Positions 47,665 through 57,999 are shown, numbered from the stretch's first letter. The stretch: DNA of 64,000 nucleotides from an uncultured Actinomycetes bacterium (GCA_963814995.1 CAWFFF010000005.1:320719-384718); one strand, 5' to 3'. Numbers and translations are program-made. The notes: a model not told the origin generated them from the sequence alone.

Positions 47665-50540
47665 GCATCGACAACACCATCGATCACGTCCGACCCGGAC
47701 GCCGCGCGTTCGTACGGGCCCGCACGCTCGTCGCGGTCACTACCGTCACCGCGCTCGCCGGCATCGTCGTCGTGGCCCCGGCCGCTTTCGGCGCCGTGCC
47801 CGACGCGCCCGGTCAGCCGGCCGCGACCGCCGGGAACGCGCAGATCAGTCTCGAGTTCACTCCCGCGGCCACGGGCGACCCCGCGACAACATTCGACGCC
47901 ACCTGCACGTCGTCGGACGGCGGCACGACCGGTACCGGCAACGACACCGCGTCGCCCGTGGTCGTCACGGGTCTCGACAACGGTCACAGCTACACGTGCA
48001 CCGTCGTCGCCATGAACGGCGAGGGTCCGAGCGTCGTGTCACCCGCGTCCGACCCGGTCACGCCGACCGCGCCGTCGACGGTCCCCGATGCTCCGGGCCC
48101 GCCGACCGTCGCCGCGGGCAACGCGCAGATCGTGGTGAGCTTCACTGCCCCCGCGGACGGCGGAAGCCCGATCACGGGCTACGGCGCAACGTGCACGTCG
48201 TCGAACGGCGGCGTGACCCAGACCGACCCCGGGCCCTCGTCGCCGATCACGGTCGCGCCGTTGACCAACGGCAAGACCTACACCTGCATCGTCGTCGCCA
48301 CCAACGGCATCGGCAGCGGCGCTGCGTCGCCTCCGTCCGACCCGGTGACGCCGGCCGCGCCGGCAAGCGTCCCGGGCGCGCCCGCCGCGCCGACCATCGT
48401 CGCGGGTGACTCAGTGATCACGGTCACGTTCTCGGCGCCGTCATCGAACGGTGGCAGCGCGATCACGGGCTACACGGCGACCTGCTCGGCGAGCGGAGGC
48501 GTTACCGGCACAACCAGCGGTGCCGGATCCCCGATCGTCGTCGGTGGTCTCACCAACGGGAGCTCCTATACGTGCAGGGTCTTCGCCTCGAACGGTGTCG
48601 GCGACGGCCCGGCGTCGGGCGCGTCGGCCGCAGCGGTGCCCAACGGAGTGCCCGGCGCGCCCGCGCAACCGATGGTCGCGGCGATCGACGCGACCCACAT
48701 CACGGTCACGTTCACGGCGGCCGCCGCGAACGGCAAGGCGATCACGAAGTACACGGTGACGTGTTCTGATGGCGACATCGACCTCACGAAATCGGTCGGC
48801 GCGGTCACACCGGTGTCGTTCACGGTGATCACCGGCAACACGTACACCTGCACCGTGTTCGCGACCAACGGCAACGGCAACGGGCCTGCGTCGGGGGCGT
48901 CGAATCCCGTGACACCCGTCGTGTCCGGGCACGTGCCCGCCGCACCGACGCCTGCGCCGCAGGTCGTCGCCGGAAACTCGCAGATCACCGTATCGTTCTT
49001 CGCGCCGAGCGACGGCGGGAGCCCGATCACCGGGTACACGGCCAACTGCCGATCGAGCCTTGGTGCACCCGGGACGACAGAGGGCACCGGAACGACGCTC
49101 GTGGTCCTCGGGCTCGACAACGGCCGGTCGTACACGTGCACCGTCTTCGCCACCAACGGGCTCGGCGACGGCCCCGCGTCACCGGCCTCGGCCGCCGCGG
49201 TGCCGAGCCGGAGGCCGGACGCTCCGCCACGGCCGAGCGTGGCCGGAGGCGACCAGCGGATCACGGTGAGCTTCAGCCCGCCGGCCTTCAACGGCGGAAA
49301 GACGATCACCCGCTACACGGCGACGTGCACGTCGTTCACGACCGGCATCGGCGTGGTCAAGAGCATCACAACGCTCGCGCCGATCGTCATGACCGGTCTG
49401 GTCAACGGCGTCACGTACTCGTGCAACGTCATCGCTCACAACGACAACGGGGACAGCGCCCCATCGCCCAACTCGCTGCCGGTCATTCCGGATCGCGGCC
49501 CCGATACGCCCGCGAAGCCGACCGTGACCGCGGGTAACGCGCAGATCAAGGTCGCGTTCCACGCGCCGGGCGACGGCGGGTCGCGGATCAGAAGCTACGG
49601 CGCCGCGTGCACGTCGAGCAACGGCGGTCGGCGCGGCACGAAGACGGGCACGACGACGCTGCTGATCGTGACCGGCTTGACCAACGGGAAGAGGTACACG
49701 TGCACGGTCGCGGCCCGCAACGGGCGCGGCGTCAGCCTGAACTCGCCTCCCTCGGTCGCCGCCGTCCCGACGGCACCGGTGACAGCATCGTCGGTGTCGC
49801 GGGGCTTCCGCCTGTTCGCGGGTGACGGCGGCGTGTTCACCTTCGGCGCCGACAAGAGCTACGGCTCGGCTGCCGGCGTCGCGCAGCACCTCGTCGTCGG
49901 CATGACCACCACGCCGAGCGAACAGGGATACTGGTTGGTCGCGACCGACGGCGGCATCTTCAGCTTCGGCGACGCGCACTTCTACGGCTCGACGGGCGCC
50001 ATCCGCCTCAACCAGCCGATCGTCGGCATGACGACAACGCCGAGCGGCAAGGGTTACTGGCTCGTCGCGAGCGACGGCGGCATCTTCAGCTACGGCGACG
50101 CGCACTTCTACGGCTCGACCGGCGCCATCCGCCTGAACCAGCCGATCGTCGGGATGTCGTCGACCCCGACTGGGCACGGCTACTGGATGGTCGCGAGGGA
50201 CGGCGGCATCTTCAGCTTCGGCGACGCACGTTTCTACGGCACGCCGGTGGGTTCGGCGCACTCGTCGGTGGTCGGCATGGCGACGACCGCGCAGGGCCAC
50301 GGCTACTGGATCGCCGCGGCCGACGGCTCGGTGTTCCACTTCGGCGACGCGACGGCGCTCGGCGGCGTCACCGCGACGGTGCTGCGGCTGCCCGTGCGCG
50401 GTATCGCGAGCACACGGAGCGGGCGCGGCTACTGGCTCGCCACCGGCGACGGCGGCGTCTTCACGTTCGGCGACGCGCCGTTCATCGGATGGCCGGGACC
50501 GCTCGTACTGCTGGCGAGCATCCGGGGTGTGAGCCGCTAA
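47661..50540 (+). CDS. Secreted protein: seven FN3 domains + six approx. 41-aa GYW..DGG.F.FGDA repeats (predicted beta-propeller)
   Basis: Signal/TM segment TLVAVTTVTALAGIVVVAPAAFG. FN3 units recur as P[DG]AP..P.V.AGN.QI.V.F..P..GGS.ITGY...C, seven times. C-terminal repeats are GYWLVATDGGIFSFGDAHFYGSTGAIRLNQPIVGMTTTPSG and variants, six times. Confidence 0.8.
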   Translation: MSIDNTIDHVRPGRRAFVRARTLVAVTTVTALAGIVVVAPAAFGAVPDAPGQPAATAGNAQISLEFTPAATGDPATTFDATCTSSDGGTTGTGNDTASPVVVTGLDNGHSYTCTVVAMNGEGPSVVSPASDPVTPTAPSTVPDAPGPPTVAAGNAQIVVSFTAPADGGSPITGYGATCTSSNGGVTQTDPGPSSPITVAPLTNGKTYTCIVVATNGIGSGAASPPSDPVTPAAPASVPGAPAAPTIVAGDSVITVTFSAPSSNGGSAITGYTATCSASGGVTGTTSGAGSPIVVGGLTNGSSYTCRVFASNGVGDGPASGASAAAVPNGVPGAPAQPMVAAIDATHITVTFTAAAANGKAITKYTVTCSDGDIDLTKSVGAVTPVSFTVITGNTYTCTVFATNGNGNGPASGASNPVTPVVSGHVPAAPTPAPQVVAGNSQITVSFFAPSDGGSPITGYTANCRSSLGAPGTTEGTGTTLVVLGLDNGRSYTCTVFATNGLGDGPASPASAAAVPSRRPDAPPRPSVAGGDQRITVSFSPPAFNGGKTITRYTATCTSFTTGIGVVKSITTLAPIVMTGLVNGVTYSCNVIAHNDNGDSAPSPNSLPVIPDRGPDTPAKPTVTAGNAQIKVAFHAPGDGGSRIRSYGAACTSSNGGRRGTKTGTTTLLIVTGLTNGKRYTCTVAARNGRGVSLNSPPSVAAVPTAPVTASSVSRGFRLFAGDGGVFTFGADKSYGSAAGVAQHLVVGMTTTPSEQGYWLVATDGGIFSFGDAHFYGSTGAIRLNQPIVGMTTTPSGKGYWLVASDGGIFSYGDAHFYGSTGAIRLNQPIVGMSSTPTGHGYWMVARDGGIFSFGDARFYGTPVGSAHSSVVGMATTAQGHGYWIAAADGSVFHFGDATALGGVTATVLRLPVRGIASTRSGRGYWLATGDGGVFTFGDAPFIGWPGPLVLLASIRGVSR

Positions 50541-50592
50541 CCAGGCGGCCGCTACAGTCACGCTCCGTCCACACACCGCCGGGAGCCTTCCG

Positions 50593-51990
50593 ATGACCGT
50601 CCGAGTGCTGGGTGTTGGCGCCGCAACACCATCTCGTCGAGTTGCCGCGTCCGAGGTCGGCGCGGCCTGGGGCCGCGGCGGCCGCGGTCAGTTCGCGGTG
50701 TGCGCGCCCGACGAGGACACCCTCACCCTCGCGTGGGAAGCCGCCAGCCGGGCGCTGCTCGCGGCGGGACTCGAGCCCGCCGCGGTCGACGGGTTGTACT
50801 GGGGAACGAGCCGGCCACCGTTCGCCGAGGGACCGAGCTACGCCTTCCTCGCGTCCGCGGTCGGGTGCGGGCCCGCGGTCGCAGGGTCGCTCAACGCCGG
50901 TTCCGCGCACGCGGGCATGGAGGCGCTGGGCGCAGGCCTCGACGCGGTCGGCGCGGGCACCGTGCGCGTCGCGCTCGTCATCGCCTCCGACGCGGTCCGC
51001 CCCGGTCCGGGTACTGGCTTCGAGGCGCGGTGCGGCGCCGGCGCGGCCGCGTTCGTCCTCTCGCTCGAAGGCGGGACCGCGACCATCGGCTCGCGGATCA
51101 CCCGAACGCGTCCGTTCCTCGACCGGTACCGCGGCGACGGCGAGGTCGACAATCGCGACCTCTACGACGGCCGCCTGTTCCGTGAGGAGATCTTCCTGCC
51201 GGTCGTCTCCGACGTCGTCGGCGCGCTCGCGCCCGAAGGCGTCCGGGCCTGGTCGCTGCCCGACCCCGACGGACGCCTCGGCGCGACCGTCGCCAAGCGC
51301 GCGGGCGCAACGGTCGTTCCCTCGGCCGACGTGTATGCGGCCGCGGGCGACACCGGCGCCGCGGCCGCCCTGTTCGGCGGCGCGCTCGCGCTCGACACCG
51401 AAGGCGTGGTGGCGATCGTCGGGACCGGCGGCGGACGGACCACGGGCGTCCTTGTGCACGTCGAGTCCCCGGTCCCGGGCGCAGCCGTCGCCAGAACCTC
51501 GCTCGAGGGCGGCCGCGCCGCGAGCTACGCCGAGGTGTTGCGGGCACGCGGGCAACTCAACCCCGTCGGCGAGACGATCCCGATGGGCGTGCCGCCCGGG
51601 AGCGCGATGTTCGTGCGCGGCGCCGACGAGATGCTCGGGCTCCTCGGCGGGCGCTGCGTCGACTGCGGCACGATCAGCACCCCGCCGTCCATCCATCCGC
51701 ACTGCGTCAACTGTGGCGGCCCGAAGTTGGAGCCGGTCGCACTCTCGCGTACCGGCACGGTGCACACCTTCGTCGTCAACCAGACGATGCCGGCGCCCTT
51801 CGTCGCGCCCCTGCCGATCGCGGTGCTCGACATGGACGACGGCGCGCGGCTCATGCTGCAGGCGATCGGCGACGGCACCGACATCGAGATCGGCCGATCC
51901 GTCGAGCTGGTACTCCGGAAGTACGCGCACGAGCGTGGCGTTCCCGTGTACGGATTCAAGGCCCGCGCGAAGAAAGAGGCAGCCTCGTGA
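50593..51990 (+). CDS. Thiolase-fold (HMG-CoA synthase/KAS III-like) protein fused to a C-terminal DUF35 zinc-ribbon/OB-fold domain
   Basis: The N-terminal 330 aa are thiolase-like (VCAPDEDTLTLAWEAASRAL, AGAAAFVL). The C-terminus has GGRCVDCGTISTPPSIHPHCVNCGG (4-Cys ribbon) and then OB-like GTVHTFVV...LPIAVLDMDDGARLMLQ. Confidence 0.65.
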   Translation: MTVRVLGVGAATPSRRVAASEVGAAWGRGGRGQFAVCAPDEDTLTLAWEAASRALLAAGLEPAAVDGLYWGTSRPPFAEGPSYAFLASAVGCGPAVAGSLNAGSAHAGMEALGAGLDAVGAGTVRVALVIASDAVRPGPGTGFEARCGAGAAAFVLSLEGGTATIGSRITRTRPFLDRYRGDGEVDNRDLYDGRLFREEIFLPVVSDVVGALAPEGVRAWSLPDPDGRLGATVAKRAGATVVPSADVYAAAGDTGAAAALFGGALALDTEGVVAIVGTGGGRTTGVLVHVESPVPGAAVARTSLEGGRAASYAEVLRARGQLNPVGETIPMGVPPGSAMFVRGADEMLGLLGGRCVDCGTISTPPSIHPHCVNCGGPKLEPVALSRTGTVHTFVVNQTMPAPFVAPLPIAVLDMDDGARLMLQAIGDGTDIEIGRSVELVLRKYAHERGVPVYGFKARAKKEAAS

Positions 51991-53169
51991 GTTGGAACAG
52001 AGTGGCCGTTGTCGGCGCCGGCCTCATCAAGATGGGCGAGCTGTTCGAACAGAGCTACGAGCAGATGGCCGCGGGCGCGTTCGAGGCCGCGGTCGCGAGC
52101 GTCGACAAGGGCTTCGAGCCCACGCAGGTCGAGGCCGCGTTCCTCGCTACGCAACGCGGCACCCTCTGGGGCCAAGAGGGCATCGGCGGCAACACGGTGC
52201 CCACCGCGATCGGGCTGGCCGGCATCCCGTGCACCCGCATCGAGAACGCGTGCCCGTCCGGGAGCGACGCGTTCCGCGTCGGCGCGATGGCCGTCGCGAG
52301 CGGCGTGCACGACGTCGTGCTCGTCATCGGCGTCGAGAAGATGCGCGACAAGTCGTCTGAGGAAGGACTCCTCTCGCGCGCCGCGGCCGGGCACCCGATC
52401 TTCACACGCGGCGAGACCGCACCCGTGTTGTTCGCGCCGTTCGCGACGCGCCACATGCACGAGTTCGGCACGACGCGCGAGATGCTCGCGTCGGTCGCCG
52501 TCAAGAACCACTACAACGGTGCGCGCGATCCGTACGCCCACTTCCAGAACGAGATCACCATCGACGACGTGATGAAGTCGGTACCGGTATGTCATCCCCT
52601 ACACCTGCTCGACTGCTGCCCGCAGACCGACGGTGCGGCGGCCGTGTTGCTCGTCGAGCGCGGAGCGGGCGCGTGAGTTCACCGACAAGCCGGTGTACGT
52701 CGCCGGGTTCGGTGTCGCGACCGACCACCCGTACCTCCACGAGAAGGACAGCTTCACCGAGATCAAGGTGACGCGCATGGCGTCGCAGCGGGCGTACGCG
52801 ATGGCCGGCATCGGCCCGTCCGACATCGACTGCGCCGAGGTGCACGACTGCTTCACCATCACCGAGATCCTCGACATCGAGGACCTCGGGTTCTTCGAGA
52901 AGGGCGACGGCGGGCGCGCGAGCCTCGAAGGTGAGACCGCGCTCGACGGACGCATCCCGGTCAACACGAGCGGCGGCCTGCTGGCGAAGGGCCACCCGAT
53001 CGGCGCCACCGGGGTCGCCCAGATCACCGAGTGCTGGTGGCAATTGCGGGGCGAGGCCGGCGAGCGGCAGATCGAGACCCGCAACGGCTACGCGCTGCAA
53101 CACAACGCCGGCGGGCGCGGTTCGGGCGTCGCGGTCGTGAACATCCTCACCAACCGGAACAGCTCGTGA
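51987..53169 (+). pseudogene. Thiolase, SCP-x/lipid-transfer-protein type, frame broken near 52650-52660
   Basis: The N-terminal part (VAVVGAGLIKMGE...RIENACPSGSDAF, with the Cys nucleophile) ends at the TGA at 52674-52676. The C-terminal part (AERAREFTDKPVYVAGFG...EVHDCFTITEIL...NTSGGLLAKGHPIGATG) is in the 52633..53169 frame. Confidence 0.75.
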
Positions 53170-53975
53170 CCCAGACCGATCTGCGCGTCGAGGTCGACGA
53201 CGACGGCCTCGGCCGCATCGTGCTCGACCGGCCCGAGGCCAAGAACGCGCTGACGATCGGGATGCGCGACGGCATCATCGACGCGGTGCGGGAGTTCCGG
53301 CGCGACCCGCTCGTACGCGCGGTGCTCATCACGGGCGAAGGCGACGCGTTCTGCGCCGGGATGGACCTCTCGGCCTCGACGGTCTCGCAGGCCGGCAAAC
53401 CGGGTTTCAACCCGCGCAGCACGTCGGAGGCGCTGCGCTCCGGCGTACAGACGTTCATCCGCGAGCTCTGGGAGCTCGACAAGCCGACGATCGCCGCGGT
53501 GAACGGCGCCGCCGTCGGGCCGGGTGCACACCTCGCGCTCGCGTGCGACTTCGTGCTCGTGCACGCGCGTAGCCGCTTCATGTGGTCGTTCGCGAAGCTG
53601 GGCATCGTCGCCGACGCGGGTGGCGCCTACCTGCTCCCCCGGCTCGTCGGCCTACCCCGCGCCAAGGCGATGATCCTGCTCAGTGAGGGCGCGACCGGCG
53701 TGGAGGCGGTCGATCTCGGCCTCGCCTACCGCTGTGTCGACGAACCCGCCGCGCTGATTCCCGAAGCACTGGCCGTCGCGCGCAAGCTCGCGGCCGGGCC
53801 GACCCGCTCGCTCGGGCTCTCCAAGCGGCTGCTCAACGGATCGTTCGAATCCGACCTGTCGACCTCACTCGAGCTGGAGGCCCATTTCCAGGCGATCGCG
53901 ACGTCGTCGCCCGACCTCGTCGAAGGCATGGCGGCGTTCCGCGACAAGCGCGACGCGAAGTTCACGGGCGCGTGA
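53166..53975 (+). CDS. Enoyl-CoA hydratase/isomerase (crotonase family)
   Basis: VLDRPEAKNAL, VLITGEGDAFCAGMDL, KPTIAAVNGAAVGPG and EGMAAFRDKRDAKF. GTGA overlap with the upstream gene. Confidence 0.88.
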   Translation: MTQTDLRVEVDDDGLGRIVLDRPEAKNALTIGMRDGIIDAVREFRRDPLVRAVLITGEGDAFCAGMDLSASTVSQAGKPGFNPRSTSEALRSGVQTFIRELWELDKPTIAAVNGAAVGPGAHLALACDFVLVHARSRFMWSFAKLGIVADAGGAYLLPRLVGLPRAKAMILLSEGATGVEAVDLGLAYRCVDEPAALIPEALAVARKLAAGPTRSLGLSKRLLNGSFESDLSTSLELEAHFQAIATSSPDLVEGMAAFRDKRDAKFTGA

Positions 53976-54430
53976 ACGCACCGGGCGCGGTTCCGGTGGG
54001 ACGCATCCAGCGGGTCGCCGCGTACAACGTTTGCCTCGACGACGCCGATCGCCTCCTCGTGTGCCGGCTCTCGCGCGTCACCGAAGTACCCGGATCGTGG
54101 ACGCTGCCCGGTGGCGGCATCGAGTTCGGCGAGCATCCTGAAGCAGCGGCAGTCCGCGAGCTCTACGAGGAGACCGGATTGATCGGCACCATCGGCGAGC
54201 TTCTCGCGGTCGACTCGCTGCATCGGCCCGTGCGGGTCGGCCGCGACACCGCCGACTACCACAGCATTCGCATCATCTACCGCACCACCGTCGATCCGGG
54301 TGACATCGTGCACGAACCCGACGGTTCCACCGACCGGGCCGCGTGGTGCACGCCCGCCGAGCTCGCCGAGATGCCCCTGGTCGCGACCGGCGAGCACGGC
54401 GTCCGATTGGCGTACGGTGAGCGCCGATGA
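53972..54430 (+). CDS. NUDIX hydrolase
   Basis: Nudix box GGGIEFGEHPEAAAVRELYEETGL. Confidence 0.85.
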   Translation: MNAPGAVPVGRIQRVAAYNVCLDDADRLLVCRLSRVTEVPGSWTLPGGGIEFGEHPEAAAVRELYEETGLIGTIGELLAVDSLHRPVRVGRDTADYHSIRIIYRTTVDPGDIVHEPDGSTDRAAWCTPAELAEMPLVATGEHGVRLAYGERR

Positions 54431-54795
54431 AGACTCGCATCCCCATCCGGTACTCGAAGCCGTGGTCGTGGCTCCTCCCGCTCCTGCTGTTACCGCAGAG
54501 CCTGTCGTACATCGAGATCGACCAGGATGTCATCCGCGTCCGCATGTCGTTCGGGTTCCGCGCACGCTTCACCCGCGGCGACATCAGCGCGGTCGGCACG
54601 CACCGGCCGGTGCTGAGCATCGGCGCGCACGGTTGGAACGGACGCTGGCTCGTGAACGGCGCGCACCGGCCCATCGCCCGCATCACGCTCGCGCTTCCGG
54701 CCCGGGCCCGGGTTCTCGGATTCCCGGTGCGGCTGCGGGAGCTGCTCGTGAGCGTCGACGACGTTGCCGAGCTGCGCCGCGCCCTCCTAACCTGA
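54427..54795 (+). CDS. Hypothetical protein
   Basis: ATGA overlap with the NUDIX gene. One hydrophobic N-terminal segment (WSWLLPLLLL). No recognisable motif. Confidence 0.45.
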   Translation: MKTRIPIRYSKPWSWLLPLLLLPQSLSYIEIDQDVIRVRMSFGFRARFTRGDISAVGTHRPVLSIGAHGWNGRWLVNGAHRPIARITLALPARARVLGFPVRLRELLVSVDDVAELRRALLT

Positions 54796-54810
54796 CGCAC
54801 TCGTCAGGTT
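54789..54810. promoter_or_regulatory. Perfect palindrome AACCTGACG-CACT-CGTCAGGTT (candidate operator, site 1 of 3)
   Basis: 9-bp arms and a 4-nt spacer, 51 nt upstream of the SDR start at 54861. Confidence 0.5.
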
Positions 54811-54860
54811 GCTCGCATCCCGAGCACGCACCATCGATCACGCCAGGACAAGGAGTTCCC

Positions 54861-55781
54861 GTGGGTCTGTACGACGGCAAGGTCGCGATCGTCACCGGCG
54901 CCGGACGCGGCATCGGCCGCAGTCACGCGCTGCTGCTCGCGTCGGAGGGCGCGGCCGTCGTGGTGAACGACCTCGGCGGGTCGAGCGGCGGCGAGGGCGC
55001 CGACGCCACCCCCGCGCAGCAGGTCGTCGACGAGGTCGCGGCGAAGGGCGGCCGGGCCATCGCGAACTACGACAGCGTCTCGTCGTGGACCGGCGCGGAA
55101 GCGATGGTCCAACAGGCGGTCGACACCTTCGGCGGCCTCGACGTGCTCATCAACAACGCGGGCATCCTCCGCGACAAGATGAGCTTCAACATGGACGAAG
55201 CCGAGTGGGACCAAGTGATCGACGTCCACCTCAAGGGTCACTTCGCGACGTCCCGCTTCGCGGCGTCGTACTGGCGCGCGCAGTCGAAGGAGACGGGCGG
55301 TCCCGTCAACGGCAAGATCGTGAACACTGCGTCGGAGTCGGGCCTCTACGGCAACGCCGGCCAGGCGAACTACGCGGCCGCGAAGGCCGGCATCGCGTCG
55401 ATGACGATCGTGATGGCGCGCGAGCTCGAGCGCATCGGCGTACACGTCAACGCGATCTGCCCGGTCGCGCGTACGCGCCTCACCGAGACCGTCGCCGGCG
55501 ACTTCATGAACGCGAAGGAAGGCGAGTTCGACCGCTTCGCGCCGGAGAACATCTCCGCCGTCGTGTGCTGGCTCGCGTCCGACCTGTCCGAGGGTGTCAC
55601 CGGCCAGGTCGTCAAGGTCATGGGCGGTCAGGTGCAGCTCGTGCGGGGCTGGCGGCCGATCACCGAGGCAACCGACGACAAGCCGTGGACGATCGAGTCC
55701 ATCGACGGCGCCGCGTCGACACTGTTCGCGAACTCGGACAAGGGCGTCCCGCCCTTCATGCCCAACGTCGGCGACAACTAG
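54861..55781 (+). CDS. SDR-family oxidoreductase (3-hydroxyacyl-CoA dehydrogenase-like)
   Basis: RBS AAGGAG. KVAIVTGAGRGIGRS, NNAG and YAAAKAG (YxxxK). Confidence 0.88.
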   Translation: MGLYDGKVAIVTGAGRGIGRSHALLLASEGAAVVVNDLGGSSGGEGADATPAQQVVDEVAAKGGRAIANYDSVSSWTGAEAMVQQAVDTFGGLDVLINNAGILRDKMSFNMDEAEWDQVIDVHLKGHFATSRFAASYWRAQSKETGGPVNGKIVNTASESGLYGNAGQANYAAAKAGIASMTIVMARELERIGVHVNAICPVARTRLTETVAGDFMNAKEGEFDRFAPENISAVVCWLASDLSEGVTGQVVKVMGGQVQLVRGWRPITEATDDKPWTIESIDGAASTLFANSDKGVPPFMPNVGDN

Positions 55782-55859
55782 CGCGGGGCCGAAGTCGGCG
55801 AAGCCGGCGGCCACCCTGGACGGAGGCGGATTACGGGGGCGTTTGTCTAGGCTCGCGCC

Positions 55860-57152
55860 GTGACCGACATTGCGCCCCGCACCGACCTCCCGACCACCGA
55901 TCTCGCACTCGACGACATCCGGCTCGGAGACATCGAGCAGTGGATGCGCCCCGACCGCGAGGGAATCTTCGCCAAGCTCCGTGCCGACCGCCCGGTGTCG
56001 TTCCACGAGGAGCCGGTGCCGCCGCCCGAGATCGACCTTCCCCAAGGCCCGGGCTTCTGGGCACTCACGCGCTACGCCGACGTGATGCAGGTGTCGCGCG
56101 ACCCCGACACGTTCCACTCCGCCCCGACGTCGACGGTCGGCGACATGCCCGACGGCATCGCGGAGTGGCTCGGCTCGATGATCAACATGGACGCGCCGAA
56201 GCACACGAAGATGCGTCTGATCGTGAACCGTGGGTTCACGCCCCGGCAGGTCGCGCGGATCGACGACTCGGTGCGAGAGCAGGCCAAGGACATCGTCGAC
56301 CGCGTCGCGCCGATGGGCGAGTGCGACTTCGTCAGCGAGATCGCGGCCGCGCTGCCGCTGCAGATCATCTGCGACATGATGGGCATCCCCCGCGAGGACA
56401 CGAAACAGATCTTCGAGCAGACCAACGTCATCCTCGGTGTCGGCGATCCCGAGTACGTGCAGTCGATGGAACAGCTCATGGGCGCAGGTATGGGTCTGTT
56501 CCAGTACGGCATCGCGCTCGCGCAGGACCGGCTCGACAATCCGCGCGACGACATCACGACGCAGCTCATGCACGCCGAGGTCGAGGACGAGAACGGCAAG
56601 CACCGCCTGACCACGGGCGAGCTCGGGTCGTTCTTCCTCCTCCTCGTCGTCGCCGGCAACGAGACCACCCGCAACGCCATCAGCCACGGCATGCGCGCGC
56701 TCACCATGAACCCGGACCAACGCAAGGTATGGACCGCCGACTTCGAGGCGGTGTCGCCGACCGCGGTCGAGGAGATCGTGCGCTGGGCAACGCCCGTCAT
56801 CAACTTCCGCCGCACCGCGACGACCGACACCGTCGTCGGCGGCCAAGAGGTCAAGGCCGGGCAGAAGGTCGTGATGTTCTACAACTCGGCGAACCGCGAC
56901 GAGCGCGCGTTCGACGACCCGTTCCATTTCGACGTGTTGCGCAACCCGAACGAGCACTTCGGGTTCGGCGCCGGCGGCCCGCACTTCTGCCTCGGCGCCA
57001 ACCTCGCCCGCCGGGAGATCCGGGTGATGTTCGAAGAGGTGCTGCGGCGGCTCCCCGACATCGAGATCAGCGGCGAACCCGACATGTTGCAGAGCAACTT
57101 CATCCACGGCATCAAACGCATGCCGTGCGCGTGGCACACCGTCGTCGATTGA
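55860..57152 (+). CDS. Cytochrome P450
   Basis: I-helix VVAGNETT, ExxR (EEIVRW) and haem loop FGFGAGGPHFCLGANLAR. Confidence 0.92.
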   Translation: MTDIAPRTDLPTTDLALDDIRLGDIEQWMRPDREGIFAKLRADRPVSFHEEPVPPPEIDLPQGPGFWALTRYADVMQVSRDPDTFHSAPTSTVGDMPDGIAEWLGSMINMDAPKHTKMRLIVNRGFTPRQVARIDDSVREQAKDIVDRVAPMGECDFVSEIAAALPLQIICDMMGIPREDTKQIFEQTNVILGVGDPEYVQSMEQLMGAGMGLFQYGIALAQDRLDNPRDDITTQLMHAEVEDENGKHRLTTGELGSFFLLLVVAGNETTRNAISHGMRALTMNPDQRKVWTADFEAVSPTAVEEIVRWATPVINFRRTATTDTVVGGQEVKAGQKVVMFYNSANRDERAFDDPFHFDVLRNPNEHFGFGAGGPHFCLGANLARREIRVMFEEVLRRLPDIEISGEPDMLQSNFIHGIKRMPCAWHTVVD

Positions 57153-57159
57153 AACTGCA

Positions 57160-57999
57160 ATGAGCCCGCAGGCGATGCCCGCCGCGCACCACGCCGACGT
57201 CGAGCTCTTCTCGGAGCGGTTCGGCTCCCCGACGGATCCAACGCTGCTCCTGATCAACGGGCTCGGGTCGCAGTGCATCAACTACGACGCGCGGTGGTGC
57301 GAGAAGTTCGCGGCTCGGGGTTACCAAGTGATCCGGTTCGACAATCGCGATGTCGGTCGGTCGTCGAAGCTCGACGACCGCGCGTACACGTTGCGAGACA
57401 TGGCGGGCGATGCCCTCGCGGTGCTCGACACCGCAAGGGTCTACCGCGCGCACGTCACCGGCGTGTCGATGGGCGGGATGATTGCGCAACGGCTCGCGAT
57501 CGATCACGGCGACCGGCTCCTCTCACTCACGTCGGCGATGTCGCGTACCGGCGATGCCGAATACGGGCAGAGCTCACCGGAAGCGCTCGAAGTGTTGATG
57601 GCGAAGCCCGCACAGACTCGCGACGAATACGTCGACCGTCAGATCACCGGAATTCGGATCTACGGGTCGAAGCCGGAATGGATCGACGAGCCGTATCTGC
57701 GGGAGCGGGCGGCGCTCGCGTTCGACCGCTGCTTCTGCCCCGCCGGTGTCGGGCGTCAGATGCAGGCGATCGCCCGCGACGGTGACCGCGCCCACGAGCT
57801 GCGCACATTGGACGTTCCGACCCTTGTCATTCACGGCGATCGCGACACACTGATCGATCCGAGCGGTGGTCGCCGCACGGCCGAGCTGATCCCCGGCGCG
57901 CGCTACGTCGAGATCGAAGGCATGGGCCACGACTATCCCGCGGCGGTGTGGGACCGTTGGGTCGACACCTGGGCCGAGTTCGCTCGATCCGTCGCATAG
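57160..57999 (+). CDS. Alpha/beta hydrolase
   Basis: HADVELF...LLLINGLGS and nucleophile elbow VTGVSMGGMIA. The C-terminal HGDRD...GMGHD supplies candidate Asp/His. Confidence 0.85.
   Translation: MSPQAMPAAHHADVELFSERFGSPTDPTLLLINGLGSQCINYDARWCEKFAARGYQVIRFDNRDVGRSSKLDDRAYTLRDMAGDALAVLDTARVYRAHVTGVSMGGMIAQRLAIDHGDRLLSLTSAMSRTGDAEYGQSSPEALEVLMAKPAQTRDEYVDRQITGIRIYGSKPEWIDEPYLRERAALAFDRCFCPAGVGRQMQAIARDGDRAHELRTLDVPTLVIHGDRDTLIDPSGGRRTAELIPGARYVEIEGMGHDYPAAVWDRWVDTWAEFARSVA

Noticed and set aside
54804-57281. 825-aa minus-strand ORF, and similar long antisense ORFs (61698..63860, 6531..7709, 49179..50576, 45373..47046, 8254..10062 N-terminal part)
   Set aside because: They are Arg/Asp/Gly/Val-rich with no motifs, and each lies opposite a gene with clear family signatures (P450, HyuB, methyltransferase and others).
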